From: an uncultured Pseudomonadota bacterium
Lineage (GTDB): Bacteria > Pseudomonadota > Alphaproteobacteria > RF32 > CAG-239
Direction: 5' to 3'
DNA: 35,614 nt
Assembly: GCA_902797315.1 (NCBI GenBank)
Contig: CADBSM010000080.1
Span: forward strand, 1 to 35,614
The notes under the pieces are model-generated. The model was not told the origin of the DNA and did not search any database. It was given only the letters and a program-made list of their open reading frames with translations. This document shows positions 16,442 to 26,907 of this stretch, piece by piece; position 1 is the first letter of the stretch, and each line of letters opens with the position of its first letter. The position numbers and the translations under genes were made by a program.

Positions 16442-17632
16442 ATGAAAAGAATTGTTTGTCTGCTCTCAGTTTTAATCCTTTTTGCTCACATTACAAAAGC
16501 AAACGCTTCAATTTCTTCTATTATGGTTGACGCAAGTTCAGGAGATGTGCTTTATGCATTGAATGCTGATGAACAAAAATATCCAGCTTCACTTGCGAAA
16601 TTGATGACGCTTTATATTACGTTTAACGCTATTGAAAATGGTAAGCTTTCAATGGATGACAAGTTAAAAGTTTCACATACGGCTGCCGGTCGTTCGCCTT
16701 CAAGATTGGGACTGAATGCCGGTCAAACAGTTGATGTTAAAACTTGCATTTTGGCTTCAATTGTTAAATCAGCAAATGATTGTGCAACAGTTTTGGGTGA
16801 GGCTTTGGGCGGAGGCAGTGAGCGAGAATTTGCAAAAATGATGACGAAAACAGCCCAAGAGCTTGGCATGAAAAACACGGTTTTCAAAAATGCTTCCGGT
16901 TTGAACCATTCTGAACAAAAATCAACAGCTCGCGATATGGCGATTTTAGGTTTGGCAATCTATCATCATTTTCCCAAATACTATCATCTTTTTTCTTTGA
17001 CTGAATTTGAATATGAAGGGAAAATCATTAAAGGCCACAACAATATTCTGTCGTCATTTGAAGGGGCCGATGGTCTGAAAACAGGATATACTGCAACAGC
17101 TGGCTTTAATATCGTGACTTCAGCCAAAAGAAATGGTCATCGAATTTTTGCTGTGACAATGGGACATAAAAAAGTCGAAGATCGCGATCAGACAGTGGCT
17201 CTGATGATGGACAAGGTTTTTCAAAATCTTGAAAAAAAATCAAAGATTGATATCGAGATACTCAAGGCTGAAATTGAAAAGCCTCATGGCGGACAGAAAA
17301 AAACAGATTACGCGTATCAAATGATAGCTAGTCAAACGATAAGCCATAAACCGACTGCTGATTTCGGAATACAAATTGGCGCTTTTTCAAGCTACGATAA
17401 AGCGATGAGCCATGCTAAAAATGTTCAAAAACAGTTTTCAGCTAAACTCAATGAGCAAAACATTTATATCGAAAAACTAAACAGAAACGGCAAAACGATG
17501 TACCGTGCACAATTTGCCGGGCTTAATAAATTAGATGCTTCTAAACTTTGTCAGGCGATGAAAAATAAAAGACAAGATTGCGTTGCAACAAATATTAAAC
17601 CAAAAACAATGTTTGCCGAGGGCTCTTTATGA
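16442..17632 (+). CDS. D-alanyl-D-alanine carboxypeptidase (PBP5/6-type, S11) with a C-terminal SPOR domain
   Basis: Signal peptide, SxxK (ASLAKLMT), SxN (KSAND) and KTG (LKTGYT) motifs. The C-terminus FGIQIGAFSSYDKA...YRAQFAGL is SPOR-like. Confidence 0.88.
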   Translation: MKRIVCLLSVLILFAHITKANASISSIMVDASSGDVLYALNADEQKYPASLAKLMTLYITFNAIENGKLSMDDKLKVSHTAAGRSPSRLGLNAGQTVDVKTCILASIVKSANDCATVLGEALGGGSEREFAKMMTKTAQELGMKNTVFKNASGLNHSEQKSTARDMAILGLAIYHHFPKYYHLFSLTEFEYEGKIIKGHNNILSSFEGADGLKTGYTATAGFNIVTSAKRNGHRIFAVTMGHKKVEDRDQTVALMMDKVFQNLEKKSKIDIEILKAEIEKPHGGQKKTDYAYQMIASQTISHKPTADFGIQIGAFSSYDKAMSHAKNVQKQFSAKLNEQNIYIEKLNRNGKTMYRAQFAGLNKLDASKLCQAMKNKRQDCVATNIKPKTMFAEGSL

Positions 17633-18300
17633 CACAAACGATTTTGATCTCGGAATTAGGGTCAAAAAAAGGTCAAACACTTTTTGCAGCACATTTGGCC
17701 ATCATTTTAGCTGAAAAATATCGAACAGCGCTTGTTGATGGCAAAATGCAGAACCAGGTTTTGCAAGATTTTGTGGCTAAACGCTATCTTTTGAATATGG
17801 AAAAAAACATCGGACTAAACATTCCTCAGTATCTGAGCTATCGCAAGAATCTTTTTGAGGAAATTTCGACTCAATTTGATTTTATTGTTGTGGATACGTT
17901 TCAATTACAAGCTCTTGATCAAGCTGATTTGTTTGTTTTGTTGCTCTCGAATGATGCTGTTGGGGAGCTTATCCATAGAAACAGCGCTTTTTTAAATGAA
18001 ATTTGGAATGTCAAAAAAAAGCGAGCATCAAAAGGCAAAAGTACCTTTAAATTTGTTGTAGTACCGTCTGAGAACTTAAATGATGACAATAATGTACTGC
18101 TCAAAAAAAATGCTCAATTTGTGGGTTTTCGTGTTGCACCCGAACTTCAGTCTAATGAAGCATACCTTCAGGGGATTAGAACAGGAGTGACGATTGTGGA
18201 TAAAAATTTGCCGTTTCTAGAGAAATCTTTTGGTATTGAGGATTTTTTTGCTCGAAGGAATTTGAAAAAGGTTGTTGAATTTATCTTGTCTGATAAATAA
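17629..18300 (+). CDS. MipZ/ParA-like protein with a degenerate Walker A
   Basis: From my memory of Caulobacter MipZ, the sequences look collinear (ILIS..G..KG..T...HLA..LA...ALVD; FDFIVVDT; VGFRVAPELQ...GVTIVD). However, the deviant P-loop KGGxGKS/T is replaced by GSKKGQT. The ATGA overlap with the upstream gene suggests translational coupling. Confidence 0.5.
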   Translation: MTQTILISELGSKKGQTLFAAHLAIILAEKYRTALVDGKMQNQVLQDFVAKRYLLNMEKNIGLNIPQYLSYRKNLFEEISTQFDFIVVDTFQLQALDQADLFVLLLSNDAVGELIHRNSAFLNEIWNVKKKRASKGKSTFKFVVVPSENLNDDNNVLLKKNAQFVGFRVAPELQSNEAYLQGIRTGVTIVDKNLPFLEKSFGIEDFFARRNLKKVVEFILSDK

Positions 18301-18365
18301 TTTTTTTCTTTACCTTGGTGGTAAAATAAGGCAAACTAAAAAAGTGATGATAAAGGAGAAAATTA

Positions 18366-19985
18366 ATGATTGTATCTATTCCTACAACCCCTTATGAAAA
18401 CCAAAAAATGGGCACAGCCGGCATTAGGCAAAAAGTTCATGTTGTTGAACAAAAAAATTATCTCGAGAATTTTGTTCAAAGTTTGTTTAATGCAATCGGT
18501 GGCGTTAAAGATCAAGTTTTTGTTTTAGGGGGGGATGGACGCTACTATAATGATATCGCATTGCAAAAAATTATTAAAATGGCAGCTGCAAATGGTATGA
18601 AAAAATTAATTATCGGACAAAACGGAATGCTTTCGACACCGGCATCTTCACACATTTTACTCAAAAATCATGCCGATGGTGGTTTGGTGCTTTCGGCTTC
18701 ACATAACCCCGGTGGACCTCATGGTGATTTTGGTATTAAATATGCAACAAAATCAGGAGGACAGTGTTCATCAGTTATTAGTGCACGGATTTATGAACAA
18801 ACAAAAATGATATCCTCTTATCAGATGATGCAAACACCAGATATCGACTTGTCAAAACTTGGACGACAAATGCTTGGGAATATGGAAATAGAGGTTATTG
18901 ATCCAATCAAAGATTATGAAAAATTAATGGCTCAAATTTTTGATTTTGATGCGATTAAAAAGCTTTTTGCAAGCGGTTTTCGCTTTGTTTTTGATGCGAT
19001 GAACGCAGTAACAGGACCTTATGCTGTGAGAATTTTTGAAGAGGTTTTAGGTGCCCCAAAAGGCTCTGTTCTGCAAGCTGTTCCAATGCCAGATTTTGGG
19101 GGATTGCACCCAGATCCAAACCTCGTTTATGCAAAGCATTTGGTTGATTTAATGGCTTCAGACGAGGCGCCTGATTTTGCTGCGGCTAACGATGGTGATG
19201 GTGACCGAAATATGATTTTAGGACGTAAGTTTTTCGTAAGTCCAAGTGACAGTTTGGCTATTTTGACGGATCATTATCACGATATTCCAGGCTATCAGAA
19301 CGGTATTTTCGGCGTAGCTAAATCAGCAGCAACTTCAACCGCAGTGTGTCGTGTTGCACAAAAGCTTAAAATTGATTGCTATGAAGTGCCAACAGGTTGG
19401 AAAAATTTTTGCAATTTGATGGATTCAAACAGAATTACGTTTTGTGGTGAGGAAAGTTTTGGAACAGGCTCGTCGCATATTCGTGAGAAAGACGGCATAT
19501 GGGCTGTCCTTTTCTGGCTTAATATTATTGCAAAAACAGGCCAATCTGTTGAACAAATTACACGCGAATTTTGGGCGAAATATGGTCGAACGTATTATCT
19601 TAGATTTGATTTTGATGCGATAGATCCTTCGACAGCTGATTTGTTAATGTCTGATTTAGAAAAAAAATTGAGTTCATTTGTAGGACAAAGCTATGAAGGG
19701 TATAATGTTTGTTCGGCATATCCTTTCATTTATAAAGATCCGGTTGATGGGTTGCAGACAAAAAACGGACTTCTAGTTTATTTTGACGGTGGTGCACGCA
19801 TTTGTTATAGGTTGTCCGGGACGGGTACAAACGGTGCTACATTGCGTGTTTATATTGAGGCATATGAAAAAGAAAATTTCGATGAAGATCCTGTCCAAAA
19901 ATTAAAAACTTTGTTGCTTGTCGCAAGTCAATTGGCTCAAATTAAAGAGCGCACGGGAAAAGACAAACCAGATTTGACAACCTGA
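18366..19985 (+). CDS. pgm: Phosphoglucomutase (alpha-D-glucose-phosphate specific)
   Basis: Active-site SASHNPGG, metal loop DGDGDRN and sugar loop GEESFG. Confidence 0.92.
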   Translation: MIVSIPTTPYENQKMGTAGIRQKVHVVEQKNYLENFVQSLFNAIGGVKDQVFVLGGDGRYYNDIALQKIIKMAAANGMKKLIIGQNGMLSTPASSHILLKNHADGGLVLSASHNPGGPHGDFGIKYATKSGGQCSSVISARIYEQTKMISSYQMMQTPDIDLSKLGRQMLGNMEIEVIDPIKDYEKLMAQIFDFDAIKKLFASGFRFVFDAMNAVTGPYAVRIFEEVLGAPKGSVLQAVPMPDFGGLHPDPNLVYAKHLVDLMASDEAPDFAAANDGDGDRNMILGRKFFVSPSDSLAILTDHYHDIPGYQNGIFGVAKSAATSTAVCRVAQKLKIDCYEVPTGWKNFCNLMDSNRITFCGEESFGTGSSHIREKDGIWAVLFWLNIIAKTGQSVEQITREFWAKYGRTYYLRFDFDAIDPSTADLLMSDLEKKLSSFVGQSYEGYNVCSAYPFIYKDPVDGLQTKNGLLVYFDGGARICYRLSGTGTNGATLRVYIEAYEKENFDEDPVQKLKTLLLVASQLAQIKERTGKDKPDLTT

Positions 19986-20009
19986 TAAGATACAATAAAG
20001 GGATTTTTA

Positions 20010-22589
20010 ATGCTTAAAGGAAAATCATATGCAAGACCGGACAAACAGCTTGAAACAATGCTGATTGGTCTTGTTTATGCTTTAATTTCTATGGCTTTGA
20101 GCATTCTGATGTTGTTTGTTTTTCCTCAATATTCGTTGGTGTTTTTAGGGCTAACTCTTTTTATGACAGTATTTGCAATTTTAATTGCTATTATGCTGAT
20201 TTCTGAGAGCGAAACAGCATTAACATATGGTGAATTTGCAAATGTTATTTTGGAAGATAAAGAGTTGATTGCACGCATAGATAATGCCAATTTTGAACCT
20301 GTTATTGAAAACCAAAAGGCTTTTAAGCTCTTTCAAGAGCATCAGATTTTAAATTACTTTCGGAAGCGTTTAGTTGACGAACAGTCGAATCTTTTAAATC
20401 TTGACCGTTTGAGTAAGGCTTTGCAAACTCTAAAAGAAGAAAATGTTCTGATTGAAACGGTAGAAGAAGGATCTTGTAGGTGGTATCAAGTGGCGCTTAA
20501 ACCGATTTATTTGAAAAAAAATGACATTTTTCAATCAGATTTTTCCATCGAAAAAATTCAGAAAGAAACGTATTTTCTGTGGAAAATTAAAGATGTCACA
20601 GCGTTGCAAAATATGGATCGAATTTTAGAGCAAGAACGGCAAAAAATGCACCGCTTTATTGAAGATATGCCTCTTGGTCTTTATGTACTTGATTCAAAGA
20701 ATCATTTTGAATATGTTAATGCTACTTTTGCTAAACAACTACAAACTTCGAAAGAAAACTTAATAGGAAAAAATTTTGAAGATTATCTTCAAGGTCAAGA
20801 AAGCGAAATTCTTAATATTGACAAAGTAGATTATACTGCACAAGTATTTTTTGAAAATGAAAATAAAAATAATTTTCAACTTTTTGTATCACAAAATCGC
20901 TATAATGAAGGAGAACTCTTAAAAACAAGAGGTTTAACATTAAAAGATTTACCCACGGATAAATTGCTAAATGAAAAATTAAACCAATCTGTTTCATATT
21001 GTAATCTTTTGTTTGAAACTATGCCGATAGGAATATTGTCAGTTGCTGCAAACGGTACAATTCAGACTTTTAATCAACGCAGTGTCGATATTTTTCAATC
21101 CGATTTAACATTAAAACAATTTCCTGATTTTTTGAATGATGAAGATCGAGTTCGTTTTAAGAAAATATATGCAAAATATGAGCAAGGTTCGCCAATAGAT
21201 GCTCCTGTTAAGCTTGAGACGACTTTAAAATCAGGAAAAGCTGTTTTATTGACAATAACGCCTTATTGGAAAAAGTATTTAACTCAAGCCGGTTTCGGTG
21301 GTGTTTTTGTATACGTATTAGATACAACTGAGCGGAAAAATTTGGAGGAGCAATTTGCTCAGGCTCAAAAAATGCAGGCAATGGGACAGTTTGCTGGCGG
21401 AATTGCCCATGATTTTAACAACCTTTTAACAGCAATGATTGGTTTTTGTGATTTGCTTTTGCAACGACATAGAATAGGAGATCCTTCATTTGCTGATTTA
21501 AATGAAATTAAACAAAATGCTATTCGGGCAGCCGCTCTTGTGAGGCAATTGCTGGTTTATTCTAAACAACAACCAACCCACCCGAAATATATCGATGTTG
21601 TTGAAAGTTTGACTGATTTAAGTCAATTTTTAAAACGTATTATGGGAGAACAAATTGCCTTAAGTTTTCATCACGATTCGGATTTAGGGTTTATCAGAAT
21701 AGATCCCGTTCATTTTACGCAGGTTATTATGAATTTGTGTGTTAATGCTAAAGATGCAATGAATGGTAAAGGAAAACTTGAGATTTCGACACGTGTCGAA
21801 ACACTGCTTAAACCTGAAAATTTTGGCGCAGATGTTGTCGCCGCAGGTGATTATGTCGTTTTGAATGTAGCAGATACGGGTTGTGGTATCAAGAAAGAAA
21901 ACTTATCTCGAATTTTTGATCCGTTCTTTTCAACAAAACAAAATGCTGCGGGAACAGGATCAGGGACAGGTCTTGGGCTAGCAACTGTTTATGGTATTGT
22001 CAGCCAAAGCAAAGGTCTAATTAAAGTTGACAGTGTAGAGGGTAGGGGAACAATCTTTAAAATTTATCTACCTCGTTTTGATAGGGAAGACAGTGAAAAG
22101 ACTGTCAGTAAGGTCATGGATAGCATTCCCATTACACCGGTTTTAAATGGAGCTGCTCAAAATTCTACAAAGCTCATCTTTGGTTTAAATGTTACCAAAA
22201 CAGATCATCAGGTTAAAAGTTTTTCAAATCTTTCAGAGGTTAAAATTTTGTTTGTTGAAGATGAAGATTCTGTGAGAGCGTTTGGTGTAAGAGCATTGTC
22301 AAAAAAAGGTTTTCAAGTAACAGCCTGCAGTTCAGCTGAAAGTGCGTTGGAGCAAGAGGGAACGTTTGATTTGATGATTACCGACATGGTCATGCCTGGT
22401 ATGTCAGGAGCAGAGCTTGCTAAAGAAATCAAAAAACGCCAGCCAGAAATTAAGATTATTTTGGCCTCGGGTTATTCAGAAGAAATGGCTCGAAAAGAGC
22501 TGGGCGATAAACAGGATTTTACATTTATTTCAAAACCCTATAGCTTAGGCGATTTAACAAAAAAAGTTTTTGAAGTATTGAATGGATAA
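20010..22589 (+). CDS. cckA: Hybrid sensor histidine kinase/response regulator, CckA-like
   Basis: Two N-terminal TM helices and PAS-like regions. H-box FAGGIAHDFNNLLTAMIGF, N box NLCVNAKDAM, G boxes DTGCGI / GTGLGLATVYG, and a C-terminal receiver (DLMITDMVMPGMSG). Confidence 0.72.
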   Translation: MLKGKSYARPDKQLETMLIGLVYALISMALSILMLFVFPQYSLVFLGLTLFMTVFAILIAIMLISESETALTYGEFANVILEDKELIARIDNANFEPVIENQKAFKLFQEHQILNYFRKRLVDEQSNLLNLDRLSKALQTLKEENVLIETVEEGSCRWYQVALKPIYLKKNDIFQSDFSIEKIQKETYFLWKIKDVTALQNMDRILEQERQKMHRFIEDMPLGLYVLDSKNHFEYVNATFAKQLQTSKENLIGKNFEDYLQGQESEILNIDKVDYTAQVFFENENKNNFQLFVSQNRYNEGELLKTRGLTLKDLPTDKLLNEKLNQSVSYCNLLFETMPIGILSVAANGTIQTFNQRSVDIFQSDLTLKQFPDFLNDEDRVRFKKIYAKYEQGSPIDAPVKLETTLKSGKAVLLTITPYWKKYLTQAGFGGVFVYVLDTTERKNLEEQFAQAQKMQAMGQFAGGIAHDFNNLLTAMIGFCDLLLQRHRIGDPSFADLNEIKQNAIRAAALVRQLLVYSKQQPTHPKYIDVVESLTDLSQFLKRIMGEQIALSFHHDSDLGFIRIDPVHFTQVIMNLCVNAKDAMNGKGKLEISTRVETLLKPENFGADVVAAGDYVVLNVADTGCGIKKENLSRIFDPFFSTKQNAAGTGSGTGLGLATVYGIVSQSKGLIKVDSVEGRGTIFKIYLPRFDREDSEKTVSKVMDSIPITPVLNGAAQNSTKLIFGLNVTKTDHQVKSFSNLSEVKILFVEDEDSVRAFGVRALSKKGFQVTACSSAESALEQEGTFDLMITDMVMPGMSGAELAKEIKKRQPEIKIILASGYSEEMARKELGDKQDFTFISKPYSLGDLTKKVFEVLNG

Positions 22590-22592
22590 AAA

Positions 22593-23315
22593 ATGAAACA
22601 GCAAAACAAACAAATTCCGCTTGAGTTTATGCCTCAAAATCAGTATAGCCGTCAAGATTTTATGGTTTCAAAATGCAATTTTCAAGCGTTGAAGGCTATT
22701 GAGCTTTGGCCTCAGTGGCCATTCTTTGCTCTGCTGATTTTTGGTCCGCACGGTTGTGGGAAAACACATTTGGCGCACATTTTTGCCAATCATGTTTGTA
22801 AGGTTTCTAGAAAAGTATTTCCGATTAGGTTTATTGAAGCTAAAGAAATTAAGACCGAAAAAGTGGCATTAATTCATAAAGATAATCCTTGCTTGGTTGT
22901 TGAAAATGTCAGTGCACAGATTGATGAAAAGGCGATGTTTCATCTATTTAATATGTATCAAAATGAAGGAGGTTTTATTTTAATGACTTCGCAATTTCCA
23001 TTTGCACGCATTAATTTTAAACTGCAAGATCTAAGTTCAAGGCTTAATATTGTACCGCGCGTACCTATCAGCGAACCTGATGACGAAATGCTTGAGGCCT
23101 TAATTATTAAACTTTTTTCAGATAGACAAATTACAATCACAACAGATGTTTTAAATTATATTCTTCAAAATATGGAACGCTCATTTACTTATGCGCAAAA
23201 GCTTGTTGCCGTAGCAGATGCTATCTCTCTTTCGTACAAACGCGCTGTTTCTGTGCCAATAGTTAAAGAAGCGATGTATCAGCTCAATCATAATATGCAA
23301 CAGGAATTGTTTTGA
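22593..23315 (+). CDS. hda: DnaA-related regulatory inactivator Hda (HdaA-like)
   Basis: DnaA-type AAA+ domain of 240 aa with GPHGCGKTHLAHIF. The N-terminal QIPLEF resembles the beta-clamp-binding motif QL(S/P)L(P/F)(L/F). Confidence 0.7.
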   Translation: MKQQNKQIPLEFMPQNQYSRQDFMVSKCNFQALKAIELWPQWPFFALLIFGPHGCGKTHLAHIFANHVCKVSRKVFPIRFIEAKEIKTEKVALIHKDNPCLVVENVSAQIDEKAMFHLFNMYQNEGGFILMTSQFPFARINFKLQDLSSRLNIVPRVPISEPDDEMLEALIIKLFSDRQITITTDVLNYILQNMERSFTYAQKLVAVADAISLSYKRAVSVPIVKEAMYQLNHNMQQELF

Positions 23316-23397
23316 ATTTTTTTAAGGGTGTAACCGAATTTAAATAAATAAAACCTATATTATATCCAATCATCCATTTTCTTAAAGGATTAACGAA

Positions 23398-25863
23398 GTG
23401 AAAAATCAAGATAAAACAGAGATTAATGAAATTGATAAAGCTCGATTGAAACTGTCAATAGAGCATTATATTAAATATTTTATTGGCAAGCGCCCTATGG
23501 AGCTCACAAAAGAAGAGGCTTTGCAAGCAATTTCGCTTGCAGTCAGAGAATTTGCTCTTGATAAAATGTATGCTACTATTTCACGCTATAATGCCGTCGG
23601 CTCTAAGCGAGTATATTATCTTTCAATTGAATATTTAATAGGTAGATCTCTTGAAAATAATCTACATAATTTGGATTTGTTCAAACTTATTAAAGACATT
23701 CATATTGAAGGAATGCCGAATTTGTCGATGAGTGATATTTATGATGCAGAGTATGATCCTGCTTTAGGTAATGGTGGTTTGGGCAGATTAGCGGCGTGTT
23801 ATCTTGATTCTATGGCTTCGCTTGGATTGGCAGGGTTTGGTTATGGTATCAATTATCAATTTGGGTTATTTAAACAAAAGTTTGATCATGGTTGGCAGCT
23901 AGAACAGGCTGATACGTGGCTCTGTGAAGAATCTCCATGGCAATTTCCAAGGCATGACAGAACAATCGTTATTCCGATAAATGGTAGGGTTGAAAGCTAT
24001 ACAGCAGCGAATGGAAGAACATATTTTTCATGGGTTGACACACATACAATCTATGGCGTTCCTTATGATTTTCCTATTGTGGGGTATGCTGGGAAATCGG
24101 TCAACTATCTAAGGTTGTTTTCAGCCAAAACAGATGATGAGCTTAATATCAAAATTTTTAATGAAGGTGGCTACATGGAGGCTGTTAAAGATAAGATTCA
24201 AACAGAAACAGTGTCCAAGGTTTTATACCCATCAGATAATTTAGAATCAGGCAAGACATTACGCTTGCTTCAACAATATTTCTTTGTGTCTTGCGCTATC
24301 CAAGATATTATTCGTCGCTTTTTGGAAAAAAGTAATGATTTTCACAAAATGCCTGATTACGTTTGTATTCAACTTAATGACACACATCCAGCGCTTGCAA
24401 TTGCTGAAATGATGCGCCTTTTGATGGATGAATATGGGCAAGAATGGGACGATGCGTGGAAAATTACAACACAAATTTTTGCTTATACAAACCATACATT
24501 GCTGCCAGAAGCTTTAGAAAAATGGCCGAGTCGTATTTTTAATAAGCTCTTGCCAAGACACTTGCAAATTATTTATGAAATCAATCGTCGTTTTATGGAA
24601 TTTGCCCGTGAACGATTTAATGGCAATGAAGAAAAACTTTCTAAAGTTTCAATTGTTGCGGGAGATGGAGATCATCAGGTTATTAGAATGGCCAATCTCT
24701 CAATTGTCGGTTCGTTTTCAGTTAATGGTGTCGCAAAATTGCACTCAGAGCTGATTAAAACATCTTTGGTGCCTGAGTTTTATGAATTGTGGCCTGAAAA
24801 GTTTATCAATATTACAAATGGCATTACGCCTCGTCGCTGGCTTTTACATGCTAATACAGCGCTTTCAGAGTTGATTGAAAATAAAATAGGAACATCTTGG
24901 ATTACTCAATTAGATGAACTTTCAAAACTTGAACCATATGCCACAGATGAAGAATTTGTGCATCAATTTGCGAATATCAAACAACTTAATAAAGAACGTT
25001 TGGCTTTCCAGATTTTTAAGCTGACAGGTGTTGTTGTTGATCCGCAAAGTGTTTACATTATTCACGCCAAGCGCATACATGAATACAAACGTCAATTGCT
25101 CACTATTCTTCAGGTTATTGGTGAATATTTTGCGATTATTAAAGACAATATCCGTCCAAAAAACAAAAAAACATATATTTTTGCTGGTAAAGCGGCGCCT
25201 TCGTATAGCTATGCTAAACTGGTGATTAAGCTGATTAATAATGTGGCAGATGTTGTCAATAATGACTCAAGAGTAAATGATGCGCTTAAGGTCATTTTTA
25301 TTCCGGATTATAAAGTTTCAATTGCCGAAAAAATGATGCCGGCCGCTGATATCAGTTTGCAAGTATCTACGGCAGGTTTCGAAGCTTCCGGAACGGGAAA
25401 TATGAAATTTGCGCTAAATGGGGCTTTGACAGTGGGTACATATGATGGTGCGAATATCGAAATTAGGGAAAAGGTTGGGACAGACAACTTTTATCTCTTT
25501 GGTTTAAGAGAAGAAGAAATAAGACAAGAAAGACCAAACTATAATCCACGGGATCTTTATGAAAAATCAGATTATATCAAGCGCATTTTAAATGCATTAA
25601 ATTCAAACATCTTTTGCGAAAAAGATCACGCGCTTTTATTCAAGCCAATTTATGAAGATTTGCTGCATCGAGATTATTATTTTGTGTTGGCTGATTTAGA
25701 AGATTTTGACAACACAATGCACCAAGCTGAACAAGATTATACAGACAGTAAACTTTGGTTTAAAAAAGCGATTTTGAATGTGGCTCGTATCGGCTATTTT
25801 TCATCAGACAGAGCTGTTATGGAGTATGCTCAAAAAATTTGGCATATCAAACCGGTTGATTAA
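23398..25863 (+). CDS. glgP: Glycogen/maltodextrin phosphorylase
   Basis: EASGTGNMKFALNGALT (the PLP lysine), LGNGGLGRLAACYLDS and NDTHPALAI motifs. The GTG start follows AAGGA. Confidence 0.93.
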   Translation: MKNQDKTEINEIDKARLKLSIEHYIKYFIGKRPMELTKEEALQAISLAVREFALDKMYATISRYNAVGSKRVYYLSIEYLIGRSLENNLHNLDLFKLIKDIHIEGMPNLSMSDIYDAEYDPALGNGGLGRLAACYLDSMASLGLAGFGYGINYQFGLFKQKFDHGWQLEQADTWLCEESPWQFPRHDRTIVIPINGRVESYTAANGRTYFSWVDTHTIYGVPYDFPIVGYAGKSVNYLRLFSAKTDDELNIKIFNEGGYMEAVKDKIQTETVSKVLYPSDNLESGKTLRLLQQYFFVSCAIQDIIRRFLEKSNDFHKMPDYVCIQLNDTHPALAIAEMMRLLMDEYGQEWDDAWKITTQIFAYTNHTLLPEALEKWPSRIFNKLLPRHLQIIYEINRRFMEFARERFNGNEEKLSKVSIVAGDGDHQVIRMANLSIVGSFSVNGVAKLHSELIKTSLVPEFYELWPEKFINITNGITPRRWLLHANTALSELIENKIGTSWITQLDELSKLEPYATDEEFVHQFANIKQLNKERLAFQIFKLTGVVVDPQSVYIIHAKRIHEYKRQLLTILQVIGEYFAIIKDNIRPKNKKTYIFAGKAAPSYSYAKLVIKLINNVADVVNNDSRVNDALKVIFIPDYKVSIAEKMMPAADISLQVSTAGFEASGTGNMKFALNGALTVGTYDGANIEIREKVGTDNFYLFGLREEEIRQERPNYNPRDLYEKSDYIKRILNALNSNIFCEKDHALLFKPIYEDLLHRDYYFVLADLEDFDNTMHQAEQDYTDSKLWFKKAILNVARIGYFSSDRAVMEYAQKIWHIKPVD

Positions 25864-25878
25864 AAAGGTCGTTGAAAA

Positions 25879-25903
25879 AAGGCAGAAAAATTTTTTCTGC
25901 CTT
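25879..25903. terminator. Terminator between convergent glgP and mltG
   Basis: ggcagaaa / tttctgcc stem, followed by T-rich sequence. Confidence 0.65.
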
Positions 25904-25941
25904 CTTCTTTACCAAGCGTAAGATGATAAAAAAGACATAAC

Positions 25942-26907
25942 CTAATTGCTTTTAGATTGATTAAGCCATAGTTTGATATTGTGTTGGTGTTCCGCTAGTG
26001 TTTTTGCAAAACGATGACCGCCCTTGCCATCAGCTACAAAATAAAAATAAGGTGTGACTGAAGGGTGGGCCGCTGCTTGAAGAGCTTCTTTGCCAGGATT
26101 GCATATTGGGGTTGGGGGCAATCCTTGATATCTGTACGTGTTATAAGGGCTGTCTATTTCCAAATCTTTTCGTCTTAATGTGCGGTCAAATTCTTTTTGC
26201 CCTAATGTTATTGCATAAATAACAGTCGGATCTGTTTGCAAAAGCATATTCTGATTTAAACGATTGATAAAAACAGATGACACCATGCCGCGCTCAGCAT
26301 TGATTCCTGTTTCTTTTTCGATAATTGAAGCTAAAATCAAAAGCTCATACGCATTTTTTAATGGCAAATCTTTTTGTCGTGATGACCAAATTTTATCAAG
26401 GGTTGAGGTCATAGCCTTTTTAGCCTGGTTAACAATTGCATCTCTGGTTTCGCCTTTGGCAAAAGTATATGTCTCCGGCAAAAGGTCGCCTTCGGTGACT
26501 GTTTGCGTTATTTTCCCGCTTAAAAATTTGTTGTCTTCAATCAAAGCAAGCATTTGCTTTGATGTTAAGCCCTCAGCCAACGTCAAACGATGCATTATGA
26601 CCTTGCCAGTTGTGAGTTTTTGCAAAATTTGAGCCAATGACATTTTGGGCTCTAAAAGATATTCACCGGCTCTCAATGATTTGTCATATTTGAAGGCTCG
26701 CATAACGATTTGTGTTATCAAATGTGAAGGTGCTAAATTTTGAGTGTGCAGTTGTTTTGCTACTTTTTGAGCTGAAGTTCCCCTTGCAACCTCAAAAACA
26801 ATAGGCATATCGTAAGGCAGCGGTTTAAAAAACTTTATATCCACATATGCGTAAAGTCCTAAAAGAAATATGAGGACAACACTGAACAATAACAAAAGTT
26901 TTTTCAT
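25942..26907 (-). CDS. mltG: Endolytic murein transglycosylase MltG (YceG family)
   Basis: N-terminal TM anchor and an ASIIEKETG catalytic Glu region. Its start codon abuts the fabF stop, in the conserved fabF-(pabC)-mltG order. Confidence 0.85.
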   Translation of the reverse strand: MKKLLLLFSVVLIFLLGLYAYVDIKFFKPLPYDMPIVFEVARGTSAQKVAKQLHTQNLAPSHLITQIVMRAFKYDKSLRAGEYLLEPKMSLAQILQKLTTGKVIMHRLTLAEGLTSKQMLALIEDNKFLSGKITQTVTEGDLLPETYTFAKGETRDAIVNQAKKAMTSTLDKIWSSRQKDLPLKNAYELLILASIIEKETGINAERGMVSSVFINRLNQNMLLQTDPTVIYAITLGQKEFDRTLRRKDLEIDSPYNTYRYQGLPPTPICNPGKEALQAAAHPSVTPYFYFVADGKGGHRFAKTLAEHQHNIKLWLNQSKSN

